A stretch of DNA of 64,000 bases from Octopus sinensis (lineage: Eukaryota): contig NC_043000.1 in NCBI RefSeq assembly GCF_006345805.1, forward strand, positions 5,270,001 through 5,334,000. The letters run 5' to 3'. Positions 1 through 13,016 of the stretch are shown here, piece after piece (position 1 is the first letter of the stretch; every line of letters begins with the position of its first letter). Both the position numbers and the translations under genes were made by a program. The notes beneath the pieces are model-generated. The model did no database searches, was not told where the DNA came from, and worked only from the letters and a program-made list of their open reading frames with translations.

Positions 1-96
<96 letters not shown>

Positions 97-313
97 ATAT
101 ACATATACATATATAAATACATACATATATATATACATATATATATATACATATATATATACATATATATAGATATAATTATACATACATATATATACAT
201 ATATAAACATGCACATATACATACATACAAATAAATATATATTATATATATGAATGTCTACTTATTTATTTGTCATGACTATACTTTAAATAAACAGTAT
301 GGTGTAAAAGAAC

Positions 314-372
<59 letters not shown>
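1..372. repeat. (TA)n / (TACA)n compound microsatellite
   Basis: Directly visible TA runs interrupted by CA/TACA units. Confidence 0.95.
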
Positions 373-374
<2 letters not shown>

Positions 375-779
375 CATGCGTACAATTCCAGTGTGTAAGC
401 ACACACAGGCTATTAGTACAGCATCGAAACGCACCTCTCCTGATAATGACCCAGCAACATCTTAATTATTTTTCCATATGATTTATTAACTTTATAGGGT
501 GTAGCAGATAAAATCAGTGTAACGTTTTAATTATGACACACCGTAAGGAGCGAAAGAAATAAAAATAACGAAAAGAAAAAGACAAAATGAGCAGAAACAA
601 AACTGTTAAACATAATAAATACTATAAAAAAAGGAGAAACAGACAACTGAAGTAAATAATTAGTTGCTAACTGACTTAACTGGTCCCACCTACTATCTTT
701 CTCATTAGCAGAGTTTTAGCCCTTTCAAACGTACAGACACACAGAGATACACAGATTTTCTTAATTTCTTTTTCTCTCG

Positions 780-916
780 CTCTATCTATCTATCTATCTA
801 TCTATCAATCTGTATATCTATCTATCTTTCTATCCATATCTATCTATCTATCTATCAATTTATCTGTCTATCTTCTATCTGTCTATCTATCTATCTATCT
901 ATCTATCTCTGTCTGT

Positions 917-950
<34 letters not shown>

Positions 951-953
951 CTT

Positions 954-1004
<51 letters not shown>

Positions 1005-1083
1005 CTGTCTGTTTATCTATCTATCTATCTATCTATCTATCTCTATTTGTCTGTTTATCTATCTATCTATCTATCTATCTATT

Positions 1084-1122
<39 letters not shown>

Positions 1123-1195
1123 CTGTCTGTTTATCTATCTATCTATCTATCTATCTCTATTTGTCTGTTTATCTATCTATCTATCTATCTATCTC
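780..1195. repeat. (TATC)n tetranucleotide microsatellite with TGTC variants
   Basis: About 400 bp of tatc units. Confidence 0.95.
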
Positions 1196-1289
1196 TTACT
1201 GATTCCAACATTTTAATAACATAGTTGCTTCTGTCTTTTCTTTCTTTGTTTCTTTCAATAATTGCATCATTTTCATGGACACATTTAGA

Positions 1290-1501
1290 CACAAACACAC
1301 ACGCACACACAAACACACACACACACACACACAGACACACACACACACACATACATAAATACATACATGCACACATACACACACATACATACACACATAC
1401 ACACAAACATACAAGCACAATTACATATACTCACATGCAAGCATTTGAAACTGGTATGATATATATGCATTTATAGACCAACATATGTATGTATGTGTGT
1501 A

Positions 1502-1552
<51 letters not shown>

Positions 1553-2342
1553 GCATATACATACATACATACATACATACTCATACGCACATGTACATAT
1601 GCACAAATGCATTCATACAAGCATATATATTTACACAAAGATGTTTATATAAGTATATATATATATATACACATACATGCACAGAAATATATACACTTGC
1701 ACAGATACACACCATGTATACATACTGATGCATGTACATATACATGTTTACATAAATAAATAGACGCATATGTATGCCGATACACATAAACATGTAATAC
1801 ATACAATATTGCATATATGCATGTGTACATAAATGTATGTATTTATGTATGTGAGTGCATGTATGCAAGTATGTATACATATACTCACACAACATACAAA
1901 AATACATGCATTTATACAGACACACATACAATATACATACATGCATACATACTTTTATATATTCACATATTCATATATTCATACATACATACATACATAC
2001 ATACATACATACATACATACTTACATACATACTTACATACATACGTACATACATACATACATTCATACATACATACATACATACATACATACATACATAC
2101 ATCATACATACATACATACATACATTCATACATACATACATACATACATACATACATACATACATACATACATACATACACACATGCTTGTATACATACA
2201 TTCATACACTCACACATGCAAACATACATACATACATACATGCATACATGCATTTATTAATACATGCAAACATACATACATTCATACATACATACACTCA
2301 TAAAAACATACACACGCTCACACACACACACACACATACACA
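1290..2342. repeat. (CA)n/(TA)n/(TACA)n low-complexity tract
   Basis: Directly visible; source of the YIHT/MYVC pseudo-ORFs. Confidence 0.9.
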
Positions 2343-2718
2343 CTGATGCTGATATATAACACTAGGATTCTTCGTTTCGGAATTTGTAATACATAGGGAT
2401 ATTTCCTTTCTCTCTTGATGTGCGTTTCAAATTATGATGGATAAAGTAGTGTTCCTTTAATTAAAATCTATGAAACATTTGTGTTTTTCTTTCTGGGGAG
2501 CCACAAACAACATCTATAAGTACACTAACAGAAGGCAACTGCACTATTCCTTCTGTTTATCACCGGTTGCTTTCGTCATTTCATAATGAAATACTCTTGT
2601 AGCGTCTCCTCTTACCAATTACTCTCAGAGTATTTTCGAAATAACCACATAGATAGATTTGCTGGAAACCTTAATAGGTATTGTATGATCTACCTGCGCT
2701 GAACTATGAATGCAAACG

Positions 2719-3050
2719 CTGATGATGATGATCTTAATGGTGATGATGATGATGATGATGGTGGTGGAATGGTGGTGGTGGTGGGGATGATGCTGATGAT
2801 AATGTTGGTGGTGGTGGTGGTGTGGATAATGGTGGTGGTGGTGGTGGTGGTGGTGGTGGTGATGATGATGATGATGATGATGATGATAATCTTGATGGTG
2901 ATGATGATGATGTTGGTGGTAGTGGTGGCGGTGATGGTGGGTATGATGATGAAAGATGATGGTGATGGTGGTAATGATGATAATGATATTGGTGGTGGTG
3001 GTGGGGGGGTATGGTTATTATGACGATGATGATGATGACAATGACAGTTA
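2719..3050. repeat. (GAT)n/(GGT)n trinucleotide compound repeat
   Basis: Directly visible. Confidence 0.95.
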
Positions 3051-3468
3051 TGAAGATTTGATGATGACAGTGAAATATATCAGAACAATAAATAAATAAA
3101 TAAATAGATATATTGTTAGCTGTTTTGTAGTGGATATCAAGTATTTCAGATAATAAGAGCACTCGTTTGCAATTAATTATGTAAAATTAAAATGACTAAA
3201 TGACTTTTAAAGTTACCTTAAAGGATGATAGAACAGATGGAAATACGGAAGGTAGATATGACGTAGATGGATGGATGGATGGATGGATGGATAGGTAAGT
3301 AGGTAGGGAATAAGGTTGCTTGGAGGATAAATTTAATGGATTTGGATGGGTTCATACTTAGGATGAATGGGATTTGATTGCTGCTTCTAGAAGGTCAAGC
3401 TCAAAGCTTCTTGGTATTTAAGCAGCGTATAAATGTATAAAATATTTAAAGTTAAAGTATTTAAATAG

Positions 3469-3500
<32 letters not shown>

Positions 3501-4020
3501 TGTCACCACCACCACCACAAACCATGCCAATTGTAATAGCATTCATCATGAAGGTTGTTAAGCAAGTTGAACCCCCATTCACCGAAGCAATGAGGGAATC
3601 TACCACCACCACCACCACCATCACCATCACCATCATTACCATTATTATTATTATTATCATACAATAAAGAACATTGGCTGGCAAAGCTCTCGTTCACTTA
3701 TTCTCTCTTCCACAATTTTAAAATATTTTCTTTTTGCTTCTTCATATTTAAATATCCGTAGCCCATTAGCCTACGGTGGATTTATCAGCAAATAAAGTAG
3801 TATTTATTATTATTATTATTATTATTATACTGTGTTTCTATTTCTCATATATGGTACCCTCTTTAGTTAAGTAATAAATGTATTCTAAGAAACTTTCCAG
3901 ACAACATGTTTCACAATAACGGCATCTCCAATCCATGAGACTGCCATTAGTTAGTAAAGTTTATTGTATATAAATAGACTCAAAATAGATGAACATCAAT
4001 GGAATTTGTATCTTTGTGGT

Positions 4021-4385
4021 ACCAGTGCCGGTGGCACACGAGAAAACCATCCGAACATGGCCGTAGCCAGTACCGCATCGACTGGCCTCCGTGCTGTGGG
4101 CACGTAACAAACACCATCCGATCGTGGCCGTTCGCCAGCCTCATCTGGCACCTGTGTCGGTGGCACATAAAAAACACCATCCGAGCGTGGCCGTCTGCCA
4201 GCCTCGTCTGGCACCTGTGTCGGTGGCACATAAAATCACCCACTACACTCTCGGAGTGGTTGGCGTTAGGAACGGCATCCAGCTGTAGAAACACTGCCAG
4301 ATCTGACTGGCCTGGTGCAGCCTTCGGGCTCCCCAGACCCCAGTTGAACCGTCCAACCCATGCTAGCATGGAAAGCGGATGTTAA
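4021..4385 (+). mobile_element. Family B short retroposon with three or more ~60-bp 5' monomers and an RTE-like tail
   Basis: Repeated gtgccggtggcacgtaaaaagcacc units, then ggcgttaggaa(c/g)ggcatccagctgtagaaa and aacccatgctagcatggaaa; more than 10 related copies in window. Confidence 0.85.
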
Positions 4386-4949
4386 AATAAAGAAAGAAAA
4401 AAAAAAAAAGCTAGGCAGAGACAGGTAGGCAGAGACAGAGAGTGGGTAAGATTAAGCTGTATAATACCTTCATTTAGGGATTATATGATTATATCTATGA
4501 AAGTAAATAATTGGTAGTTAGAGAGAGACTTAGAACAAAGTCGGTGATTTGAAATATTCATGTTGTCAGTGTGGTTATTCCAATTTGGTTATTCCAATAA
4601 CCGTATGGTTATTCCCATAACCGTATGGTTATTCCAATTTCTTCCATTTCCATTTCTGATTTTAAGCCTGATATTCCATGTCAAAATTAAGAAATTATTG
4701 TGAAAGTGTTTTTTTTTTTCTGTTTATGATTTTTATAATAATTCTTATATATGCTGTGAGCTTTTGATTTTAAATATAATGAATAATATTATTGCAAGCA
4801 TGGTTAATGCAGAGCCAGTCCCATTTTCTCATTTTTCAAGCTTGCATTGGTCTGGTGTAATAAGTACCACAGTTATAAGTACCCAGTAATTACCAGAAAG
4901 CAGGTTTTGTATAGAGTTATCTTTTCTTGGATGAGCAGTTAAAGAGTTT

Positions 4950-5300
4950 AATAATAATAATAATAATAATTGTGTACAGTGCTCAGGTGCACTACAACTC
5001 ATCTAAAGTGTATATATAATCAGGTGTAGTTTCGGTGGATTTCGGAAAGCATGAGGGCCTTAAAGGATGCAGTGTCATGGCAGTCAACAACTGACGCAGG
5101 CAGTTTTTCCATGCTTCAGCAACTCTGAGCGTGAAAAAATGTTTCCGAAGGTCATGGGAGCTGTGTTGGTTTCTGACTTTGTAGGCATGTCCACGTGTGT
5201 TAGACACATGGAGATCAAAAAGGTGTTCGGTGTTGTTGTTGGTGAGGTGGTTGATAACTTTGTGGGTGTTTACCAAGTCCGTCGCCAGACGCCGGAGGGG
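4950..5300 (-). mobile_element. 5'-truncated CR1-clade LINE 3' end (ORF2 C-terminus, 3' UTR, (ATT)n tail)
   Basis: Minus strand RRLATDLVNTHK...NTRGHAYKV...LRKHFFTLRVAEAW matches the CR1 C-terminal pattern RRxxxDL..TRGH..K..RKHFF..RV..W; frameshifted at the end; (att)n tail. Confidence 0.85.
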
Positions 5301-5742
5301 CCTCATCTGATGTAAGTCCATTTGAGAGTCTGCGAATGACCTTTTCCTGGAGACAATTCTGTGACATGTTAACTCATAGCTAACTAGTCCCATGTCATCT
5401 CTGTATAAGAATTGCCAGCTCCCTTGGATCTCCTCCCCTCATCACTCATATTTTGCACACTAACCACCATACCTAGTCTTTTCTTCCCAGAACCTCATCC
5501 GTCTGAAATTCCAAACTTATCCATGCTTTCCTTGCAGTCATCAATTCCATTGATTTCAGCAAGCTAAATGACTCATGCAATTATCTGGAGTTTAGGATCA
5601 CTAACGCTCAACGGCAAGGGAGCTGGACAGTAATGACCTGTCTAAGCCAAGCTAAGGTGGAAAGTGGACGTAAAATGATGACAATGGGTCCCAGAGGGCC
5701 AGTGAGGGCCATAAACACAGCCCTTTCCTACAAACTAAACAA

Positions 5743-5990
5743 ATACATACATACATACATACATACATACATACATACAAACATACATACATACAAACAT
5801 ACATACATACATACAAACATACATACAAACATACATACATACATACATACATACATACAAACATACATACATACATACAACATACATACAAACATACATA
5901 CATACATACATACATGCATGCCTACACACAACCATGCATGAACGTGTGTGTGTGTGTGTGTGTATGAGTGTGAATGGGTGTGTGTGCATA
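5743..5990. repeat. (TACA)n then (TG)n microsatellite
   Basis: Directly visible. Confidence 0.95.
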
Positions 5991-6453
5991 AAGAGAAAAA
6001 CACTGTAAATTAGCCATCAAATTTTTTTCCTGGGATTAGTTGATAAAAATTGTTTTGCAATCAGACCAGTTTCCCATTTTCAAATGCTATCGTGTGAATG
6101 ATGTAGATTCCCATATTGAAACACTATACAGAAAGTATATTTAGTTGTTGTTCTTGTTGTTCGTTCCCTGTTCAGCTCTAATTGAATAGTCTTATAGCAT
6201 GTCGGTTGTCGACCAAATAACTAGGTGCAATCCACAAATCAATTGTTCCAAATATATGAGTGTCTCCACCGAACTGACAATCGCACTGATACAGAACAGT
6301 TAGTTATTCAGATGTGTACAAAGCCACAGTCTAGACATAAGCAATCTCTATGCAATCATTTGATCTACTAGCATTTTAGCAAGCGATAACTGCTATTTCT
6401 TGCAGACCAAGTTATTCCATAGAAGATCACTCATTGGCTCAATACACTAAAAG

Positions 6454-6484
<31 letters not shown>

Positions 6485-6974
6485 TAACAGTAATAAATCA
6501 GAAATAACAAAAAGCAATGAAAAACATACTTAAACAAAAATAAACATCGATATTTCCTTTTCCCTGAAAAAAAAAAAAAGAAAAATATCCCAAAAAGACT
6601 AACAAAAACAAACTAAATTGGTTAAGTTTATTTCTTAATTTTTTCTTTGCCTGTTTTACTTATTTATTCATATATTTATCAATTTGTTTATTTGTTTATT
6701 TGTTTATTTATTTATTCACTCAGTTGTGACAGATGACAATTCTCATATTATCTTTCTATGGTTGCAGCCACAAAAGAAACAATAAATAGATAGATAAATA
6801 AATAAATGAAAGATATATTTTTCACTCCACTAAGCATAAGTGTTGTTATTACATGAAGTGCTGCAAAGAATAAACAGATGGCATTGCTATAGCAAGCGTG
6901 GCACAAGCAAATCCAGTCTTCTGTATTTTAACAATGCTAAACTGAATAACAATATTAATACTACTATTAACAAT

Positions 6975-7180
6975 AATAATAATCCTTTCTATTATAAGCA
7001 TAAGGCCTAAAGTTTGGTGGGTGGGGATAATCAATTACTGCTCAACTGGTGCTTATTTTATGGACCCTGATATGATGAAAGACAAAATTAACTTCAGTGG
7101 AATTTGAACTCAGATCTTAAAGAGCCAGAACTGCTGCTAAGCATTTTTCCCGGCACACCAACAATTTTGCCAGTTCACTG
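6975..7180 (-). mobile_element. Family C tRNA-headed SINE, diverged
   Basis: gaatttgaactcaga (B-box reverse complement) and gatgaaa core; further diverged copies at about 7570-7770 and 7780-7955. Confidence 0.75.
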
Positions 7181-7195
7181 AATGATAACAATAAC

Positions 7196-7558
7196 AACAA
7201 GAACACTCAGAAAGTGCAAACTTCGCCAAGGCAACACCAACGTCCTCTCAATGATTAGCCAGAGATGATTTTTTAAATGAGAATATCTGAAATAAACTCA
7301 AATGCTCTCACAAACGAGAATACTAAAAATGAACCAGACTGCTCTCAAAAATTAAGTTAAAAAAGTTGGAAAAATAATCCAGAATCCTTGTCCATTACTG
7401 GATTGATCCCAAAATCTAATCAGCTTGTGCCAGCCATGAGGCCAAACATCCCTGAAAGTTTCATCCAAATCCTTCGAGTGGTTCTTGAGATACCTTGTCC
7501 ATGCACAAACAAACACAACTGGAAACAATACCTCTGCCTTTGCTAAGATGAAGGTAAT
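7196..7558 (-). mobile_element. Helentron-associated non-autonomous element (HINE/DINE-1-like)
   Basis: Near-identical copy at 56201-56562; terminal palindrome tacctc(t/c)gcctt..aag..aggta, subterminal inverted motif and short hairpin at the other end; AAT/AAC flanks. Confidence 0.65.
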
Positions 7559-8134
7559 AATGATAATAATCCTTTTTTCTATAGGCAGAGGTCCTGAAAT
7601 TTCGAGTGAGGGTAATACTCAATACATCGACCCTAGTACTTGACTGGTACTTATTTTACTGACCCTGAAAGGATGAAAAGTAAAACTGACCTCAGTGGAA
7701 TTTGAACTCAGAACGTAAAGTTGGATGAAATGCTGGTAGGGATTTTACCCAGCATGCTAATGATTCTGTTATAGTTCTTTTTTTATTATAAGCGCAAAAC
7801 TTGAAATTCTGGTGAGAAGAGAAAATTGCCAATTCCATCAAGCCCAGCATTCAACTCCTGTTTATTTTATTAACCCAAAAAGGAAGAAGAACAAAGTCGA
7901 CTTCAGCAGAATTTTCAGTCCGAACCTAAAGCCACAAGAAATATTGCTAAACGTTTTCTCTTTTACCTTTTAGCAATCAGATTGCTCTGTATTTATCTTA
8001 ACATTGCTTGACAGTTGTAAATGAGTGCCACTGTTGTACAAGTAGCATTATCTATGCTTATTTATTCACATTGTTTTGAACTCATCCTACATCATCTCAT
8101 AACTTCGTTATTTCATTGATGCAACTGCTTATCT

Positions 8135-8465
8135 TTAACCATTTAGTGTTCCAATTATCCAATCAAACATAATGCTTATTGATTCACATTGATTTGAATT
8201 AATCATGCATTATCTCATATCTTCAAGATCTTGATGGTGTAATTACTTAATGTAGAATAACATTGTAGGGTAGGTGTGAGAGCCTGGATCTGGTCAGTTT
8301 GAACATAAAACAGATGAAATATTTTGGCCGGATATGGCCGGTTTAAATACTAAAGGGTTAAACTAACATTGTAGGGTAGGTATGAAAGGCTAGATCTGGC
8401 CAGTTTGAACATAAAACAGGCAGAATATTTTGATCAGATATAGCTGGTTTAAATGCTAGAGGGCT
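8135..8465 (-). mobile_element. piggyBac-like MITE (TTAA-flanked) with tandem duplication of its ~100-bp end
   Basis: ttaa-ccatttag...ctaaaggg-ttaa at 8135-8361; 8259-8361 repeated at 8365-8465; related copies at 35055 and 46595. Confidence 0.65.
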
Positions 8466-9283
8466 GAAGATGAAACAGAGTAATTTGATAGGGAGGGATT
8501 TACTTATTTCTAGCAGATCAAGTGACCACATTGTGTAGACTACACACACGAGACTTAATGGTAGGTTTAATGGTCTCTATGAGCTTTGAAGAGGAAAGAA
8601 TGTTACCTGCAGAAGAGAAGACCAGGTGTGGGAATTAGCTTTATCTCTACAAAGTAAATTAGTTTTCTCCACCCCCTCCCTTCTCTCTTTCTTGTTTTAG
8701 TTTAGTTCTGACAAGACTATAGTTAGATGATTAAGGAGATACACTGTTGTATAAGTAGGAGCTGCATTTCATAGTTGAAGAAATCTGTCCCATTTAGAGA
8801 GCTAGGAGCCAGGCAAGAAGATGAAAGTATTTTTAGATCTGAATTGAAAAGGATGTGGGCTTTCGGTTGGTGCTAAATATATGGGGTTTTCAAACAGAGA
8901 TCAGCTGATGAAAAAAAAAAAAATGTCTTCATGTATGATATATGCTACAAGGGTAAAAAGGCAGTGTTCTTTTCCATTTTGTGCAAGCGCATGTGTGCGT
9001 TAGCTTCTATATATAAATATGAAGGAGGCAGGATTACAGTTTGATGTCAGAGTTTGCTGTCATTAAATATTGATGCTTATTCATTGATTAGATAGAATAA
9101 ATTACGAAATTTGATGAACCATATTTCTCCAATTTAGTGAGATAAGGATCAAAGCCAATTTCACCTAGATTTGAAATCAGAATAGTGATGTCTAAGCTGA
9201 TGTAATGAGGTATAATGAATACGGTGATTAATCATCTCAGTAATTCCCAACAATTTACAACCAACCATCAATATATATGTATA

Positions 9284-9500
9284 TCATCATCATCAACATC
9301 ATCATCATCTTTTAACGTTTGTTTTCCATGCTGGCATGGGTTGGATGGTTTGACTGAGGTCTGGAGAACCAGTGGCTGCACAATACTACAATCAAATCTG
9401 GCAATGTTTCTATGGCTGGATGCCCTTCCTAACGCCAACCACTCCAAGAGTGTAGTGGGCGCTTTTTATGTGCCACCAGCACAGGAGCCAGTCAGGTGAG
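9284..9500 (-). mobile_element. Family B copy, 5'-truncated
   Basis: (cat)n tail, ctggatgcccttcctaacgccaaccactcc. Confidence 0.85.
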
Positions 9501-10527
9501 CCTAGCATAAAACAGGTTCTGAGTGCATTGCACTTAACAGCAGAAACAGCTGTAAGCTAATGAAGTTCATTGCATAATTTGTTGTTCCTTCGTTATTTAT
9601 TTAATTTCATATATGTATGTATGTATGTATGTGTGTGTGTGCGTGTGTGTATATATATATATATACATACATACATATATAAGCACACAAACATATTTTA
9701 TTGGAAATGTAATTTGCTTTCCCTTTTTCCCTTAAATATATAAACACTTTCTTTTTAAGGCATATTATTTTTCTTTTATTTCATTTTATTTATTCATTTA
9801 TTGGCACACGTGAGTTTGGCAGAGCTTATTTAATTTACTTGAAAAAAAAAAAACTAGCTGCTGCACCTTTTTTTTTTTTTTTTTTTTTTGCTGCAATCCA
9901 TTTTAATTGCTCATGTCTAAAACCTCCCAACGAAATGACACATTAGTAACAAAACCATCAACGCATTTGCTCATCCCAGTTGTTGTAAAGAACAGAAACA
10001 AAAAAAAATCTATAAAACACTCACTTAAAAAAAATTCCCATGGTAATCAATAGTATGATAATACCAAACCAAAAAAAACAAAAAACAAACCACCCCCTTC
10101 CATTTCTTCTACACTACTTTTCTCATACTAATTCTCACACCTTTAACAATTGCCTGAAACACTTAACACTTCTCATTGAACATCCTTCTATATTTCCTGC
10201 TTTTATTTTTATCTTTGGTTGGGTATTAATATTTGCTTCTATATTTTATTTTATTTTTGCTTTTTTTTTTAAAACTATTTTTTTCCCTAAACGAGAGACC
10301 TCAAGTAATTGTGATTAAATGAAGTTCTTGCTGGCCAATGAAGAATTAGCTGTTGGAATTTTGACCCAAGTAAAATTTGAATATTCAGTCTTCAACAATG
10401 TGACCGAGGTTATTAGGGTAACAACAACCACGACACCAACAACAAATGCCACTTAACATTTTGCACGAAACACTAATGATTCAGCTAGCTCCCTGTCTTA
10501 ATGATAATGATTACGATCATAATAATG

Positions 10528-10579
<52 letters not shown>

Positions 10580-11035
10580 TAGTCAAGACAAAGTGCGCGA
10601 TTTGATTGTAAGATATTTTATTAGTTGAACGATATTCCAACAGTATATCTGTCTTTGTCAAGTTCAAAATAAGAAGTGATAAAAATTCAAAATTACAGAG
10701 ATTCAAATGTAAAGTATGAATGAGAGCAACTGGCGTCCACACATTGATGGAATGACACCATCAGTAGAAAAAAGGATTATTGATTATTATTATTTATAAT
10801 AAGAACTGTGTAAGAATGGTGAAGATATAAAATTCTTGGCCTATTGAGGATGGTTCTGGGCCAATATTTTTGCCTCACTACTTTGAATTTTATTCATTGA
10901 TGGTCATGCAACTACTATGTCATTCTTTGTCATTGTTTTTCGATTTATCCTGTAATGTATCTGTGAATTTTCATTATTGATTTTTCTGAGAACATATATA
11001 TACATACATATATACATACATACATACATATACAT

Positions 11036-11092
<57 letters not shown>

Positions 11093-11639
11093 ATATATAT
11101 ATATAAATTATTTATTTTGTGTGAATATGGGAGTGAATTTGTGTCTATGTATAAGTGGTGAGTGTGTATGTGTGTGTGTGCATGGTGTGTGTGGTGTGTG
11201 TGTGCATGTGTATGTGCATGTATGTGCGCATGTTGTATTTTGAGAGGTAGGCAAGTAAGTTAAAGGGGAATTCTATAGTTTTAGTCAGTGAGTGTCACAG
11301 GTGGCTAGGCAAGAACGTTTTAAAGCAGACAGTCCAGTTTCTGTTTGAAAGCTGTCCATCAGCATAATACATCTGGGATAAATCTAATTTATTAATCCTT
11401 TATACATGTGAGATGTGTGGCTCAATTGTCATCGCCCCCTCCTCCGACTTCCACTTGTTATTGACTTAATCGCAAAAGCACTGCAACTGCGTAGGACATG
11501 CCTTACCTCAATCATCCATTCTCATCCGCTGTTGTGCTATTGAACGAAGTGCTATATATAAAAACTTGAAGAACTTCACACTTGGAGTGAAACACATATA
11601 TAATTGTAGCTCTGAGCAGATTTTATAAGGTTATTTATA

Positions 11640-11912
11640 TGTAACACTAGTGCATTCAGTGGAGTGGTTGGTGTTAGTAAGGGCATATAGCCATAAAGAC
11701 CCTGCCAAAACAGGCACAGTACCCTGGGGTAGTCTTCAACTTGGCTGGCTCCTGTTAAACCGTCCAACCCATGCTTGCATGGAAGGCAAATGTTAAATGA
11801 TGATGATTATTATGATGATGATGGTGATGATGATGGTGATGATGATGGTGATGATGATGGTGATGATGATGTTGATGATGATGGTGATGATGATGATGAT
11901 GGTGATGATGAA

Positions 11913-11963
<51 letters not shown>

Positions 11964-11995
11964 GGTGGTGATGATGATGATGATGATGATGATGG
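11640..11995 (+). mobile_element. Diverged family B 3' part with expanded (GAT)n/(GGT)n tail
   Basis: aaaccgtccaacccatgcttgcatggaa..tgttaaatgatgat followed by a long (gat)n run. Confidence 0.7.
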
Positions 11996-12254
11996 TGATT
12001 TACCTGTAACACTATGCTAATCTGCATTGCATTCTTTATTATAGTCTATGGTATTGTTATTCTGGTTTTAGCCAAAAATCTGAACCATATAAAAACTATA
12101 AAATCTAACAGAAGTTACCAAAGTTATTTTAACCATCTCAAAGCACACACACACAAAAAAAAAATAATTTGTTACATCCAATTTTCATTTATTTTATGAG
12201 ATGTTAAAACTTTTATCATGCCACTGTAACCTAGTTACTGAAGCTGTTGTATAC

Positions 12255-12291
<37 letters not shown>

Positions 12292-12304
12292 CATACATAT
12301 ATAT

Positions 12305-12535
12305 ATCATCATCATTTAACATCCGTTGTCCATGCTGGCATGGGTTGGACGGTTTGACTGAAAACTGGTAAGCTGGGGAGCTGCACCAGATTCCAGTCTG
12401 ATTTGGCAGGGTTTCTACAGTTGGATGCCCTTCCTAATTCCAACTACTCCAAGAGTGTAGTGGGTGCTTTTCACGTGCCACCAGCATGGGTGCCAGGAAT
12501 GCGACACTGGCATCAACCATGACTATGATTTCACT
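12305..12535 (-). mobile_element. Family B copy between (TA)n tracts
   Basis: catgctggcatgggttggacgg...ggatgcccttcctaa. Confidence 0.8.
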
Positions 12536-12606
12536 TACAAGATAGTATATATATATATGTGTGTGTGTGTATATGTGTGTGTGTTTGTAATATATAGATA
12601 TATCTA

Positions 12607-13016
12607 GGTGCGGGAGTGGCTGTGTGGTAAGTTGCTTGTTTACCAACCACATGATTCTGGGTTCAGTCCCACTGCGTGGCACCTTGGGCAAGTGTCTTCT
12701 ACTATAGCCTCAGACTGACCAAAGCCTTGTGAGTGGATTTGGTAGATGGAAACTGAAAGAAGTCTGTCGTATATACGTATATATATATATGCGTGTGTGT
12801 GTGTTTGTGTGTCTGTGTTTGTCCCCCTAGCATTGCTTGACAACCGATGCTGGTGTGTTTATGTCCCCATAACTTAGCAGTTCGGCAAAAGTGACCGATA
12901 GAATAAGTACTGGGCTTACAAACGAATAAGTCCCGGGGTCGAGTTGCTTGATTAAAGGCGGTGTGCTCCAGCATGGCCGCAGTCAAATGACTGAAACAAG
13001 TAAAAGAGTAAAAGAG
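12607..13016 (+). mobile_element. Family A full-length tRNA-derived CORE-like SINE with internal (TA)n(TG)n
   Basis: A-box-like tggctgtgtgg, B-box-like ggttcagtccc, MIR/CORE-like accttgggcaagt, 3' tail (gtaaaaga)n. Confidence 0.9.

Noticed and set aside
4021-4240. CRISPR-like repeat array
   Set aside because: Eukaryotic context, no unique spacers, no cas genes; these are retroposon monomers
5415-5626. 12-bp inverted repeat ccagctcccttg/caagggagctgg as MITE TIRs
   Set aside because: No TSD, no second copy, does not extend
11500-11560. Minus-strand micro-exon (tatag|cacttc...gag|gtaagg)
   Set aside because: Stop codons in all three frames and a weak acceptor
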